From a virus (Duplodnaviria; Caudoviricetes), in IMG/VR virus record IMGVR_UViG_3300025133_000574, positions 1-24,519 of that record: a DNA stretch of 24,519 bases, one strand, 5' to 3'. The notes beneath the pieces were generated by a model. That model made no database searches. It saw only the letters and a list, made by a program, of their open reading frames with translations, and was not told the DNA's origin. Positions 24,375 through 24,519 of the stretch are shown here, one piece after another. Position 1 is the stretch's first letter. The number at the start of each line of letters is the position of its first letter. The position numbers and the translations under genes are program-made.

Positions 24375-24518
24375 TTACCATTTATTTTTAGGACATTTAC
24401 CAAAAAACTCTTTTGTTAAAGATGTTTTCGCATCTAGGAAGCACTTGCAATCAGCACATCTTGCACCTCTTTCTATCTTTGGTCTTTTAAGCAACATAAA
24501 GTTTCGGTAAAAACTACA
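24375..24518 (-). CDS. 3' part of a Cys-rich phage protein (...CADCKCFLDAK...CPKNKW)
   Basis: CxxCxC...CP..KW pattern; frame open from the window edge. Confidence 0.65.
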   Translation of the reverse strand, partial: CSFYRNFMLLKRPKIERGARCADCKCFLDAKTSLTKEFFGKCPKNKW

Positions 24519-24519
24519 A

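Noticed and set aside
1-24519. tRNA genes, integrase, reverse transcriptase/DGR, introns or inteins, stop-codon reassignment
   Set aside because: No cloverleaf, YxDD or tyrosine-recombinase motif, or TR/VR pair noticed; terL, portal and capsid ORFs are uninterrupted under the standard code.

Overview
AT-rich fragment of a tailed (probably siphovirus-like) phage, with essentially all genes on the minus strand. The host is most likely Bacteroidota/Flavobacteriia, judged from TAnnTTTG promoters, A-rich Shine-Dalgarno-less starts and a Q-rule signal peptide. In transcription order (right to left): HTH regulator, ClpP-type prohead protease/scaffold, major capsid, tail tube, portal, head-tail adaptor, LamG/CBM fibre, M15 endolysin with two holin-like genes, metallophosphoesterase, a replication block (SSAP-like, DnaA-C-like HTH, SSB-like, initiator with internal iterons), an outer-membrane-like protein, DUF3310, VRR-NUC, a repeat-rich non-coding region, an early gene cluster (Gp88, WYL_2-like), terS/terL and a frameshifted tail-assembly-chaperone pair. 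The most notable content is non-coding. (1) A complete type I hammerhead ribozyme with an unusually large stem-III insertion lies inside the early operon (6303-6425, minus). (2) A candidate small RNA after the lysis genes (about 14613-14695, minus) has an exposed middle segment antisense to the start-codon regions of several early/middle genes, suggesting an RNA-based early-gene shut-off system. Also seen: a shared 22-bp operator-like motif, DnaA-box-like inverted repeats flanking the early region, an XerD half-site, a G-tract array and apparent GATC avoidance. Family assignments come from motif recognition only; no searches were run.
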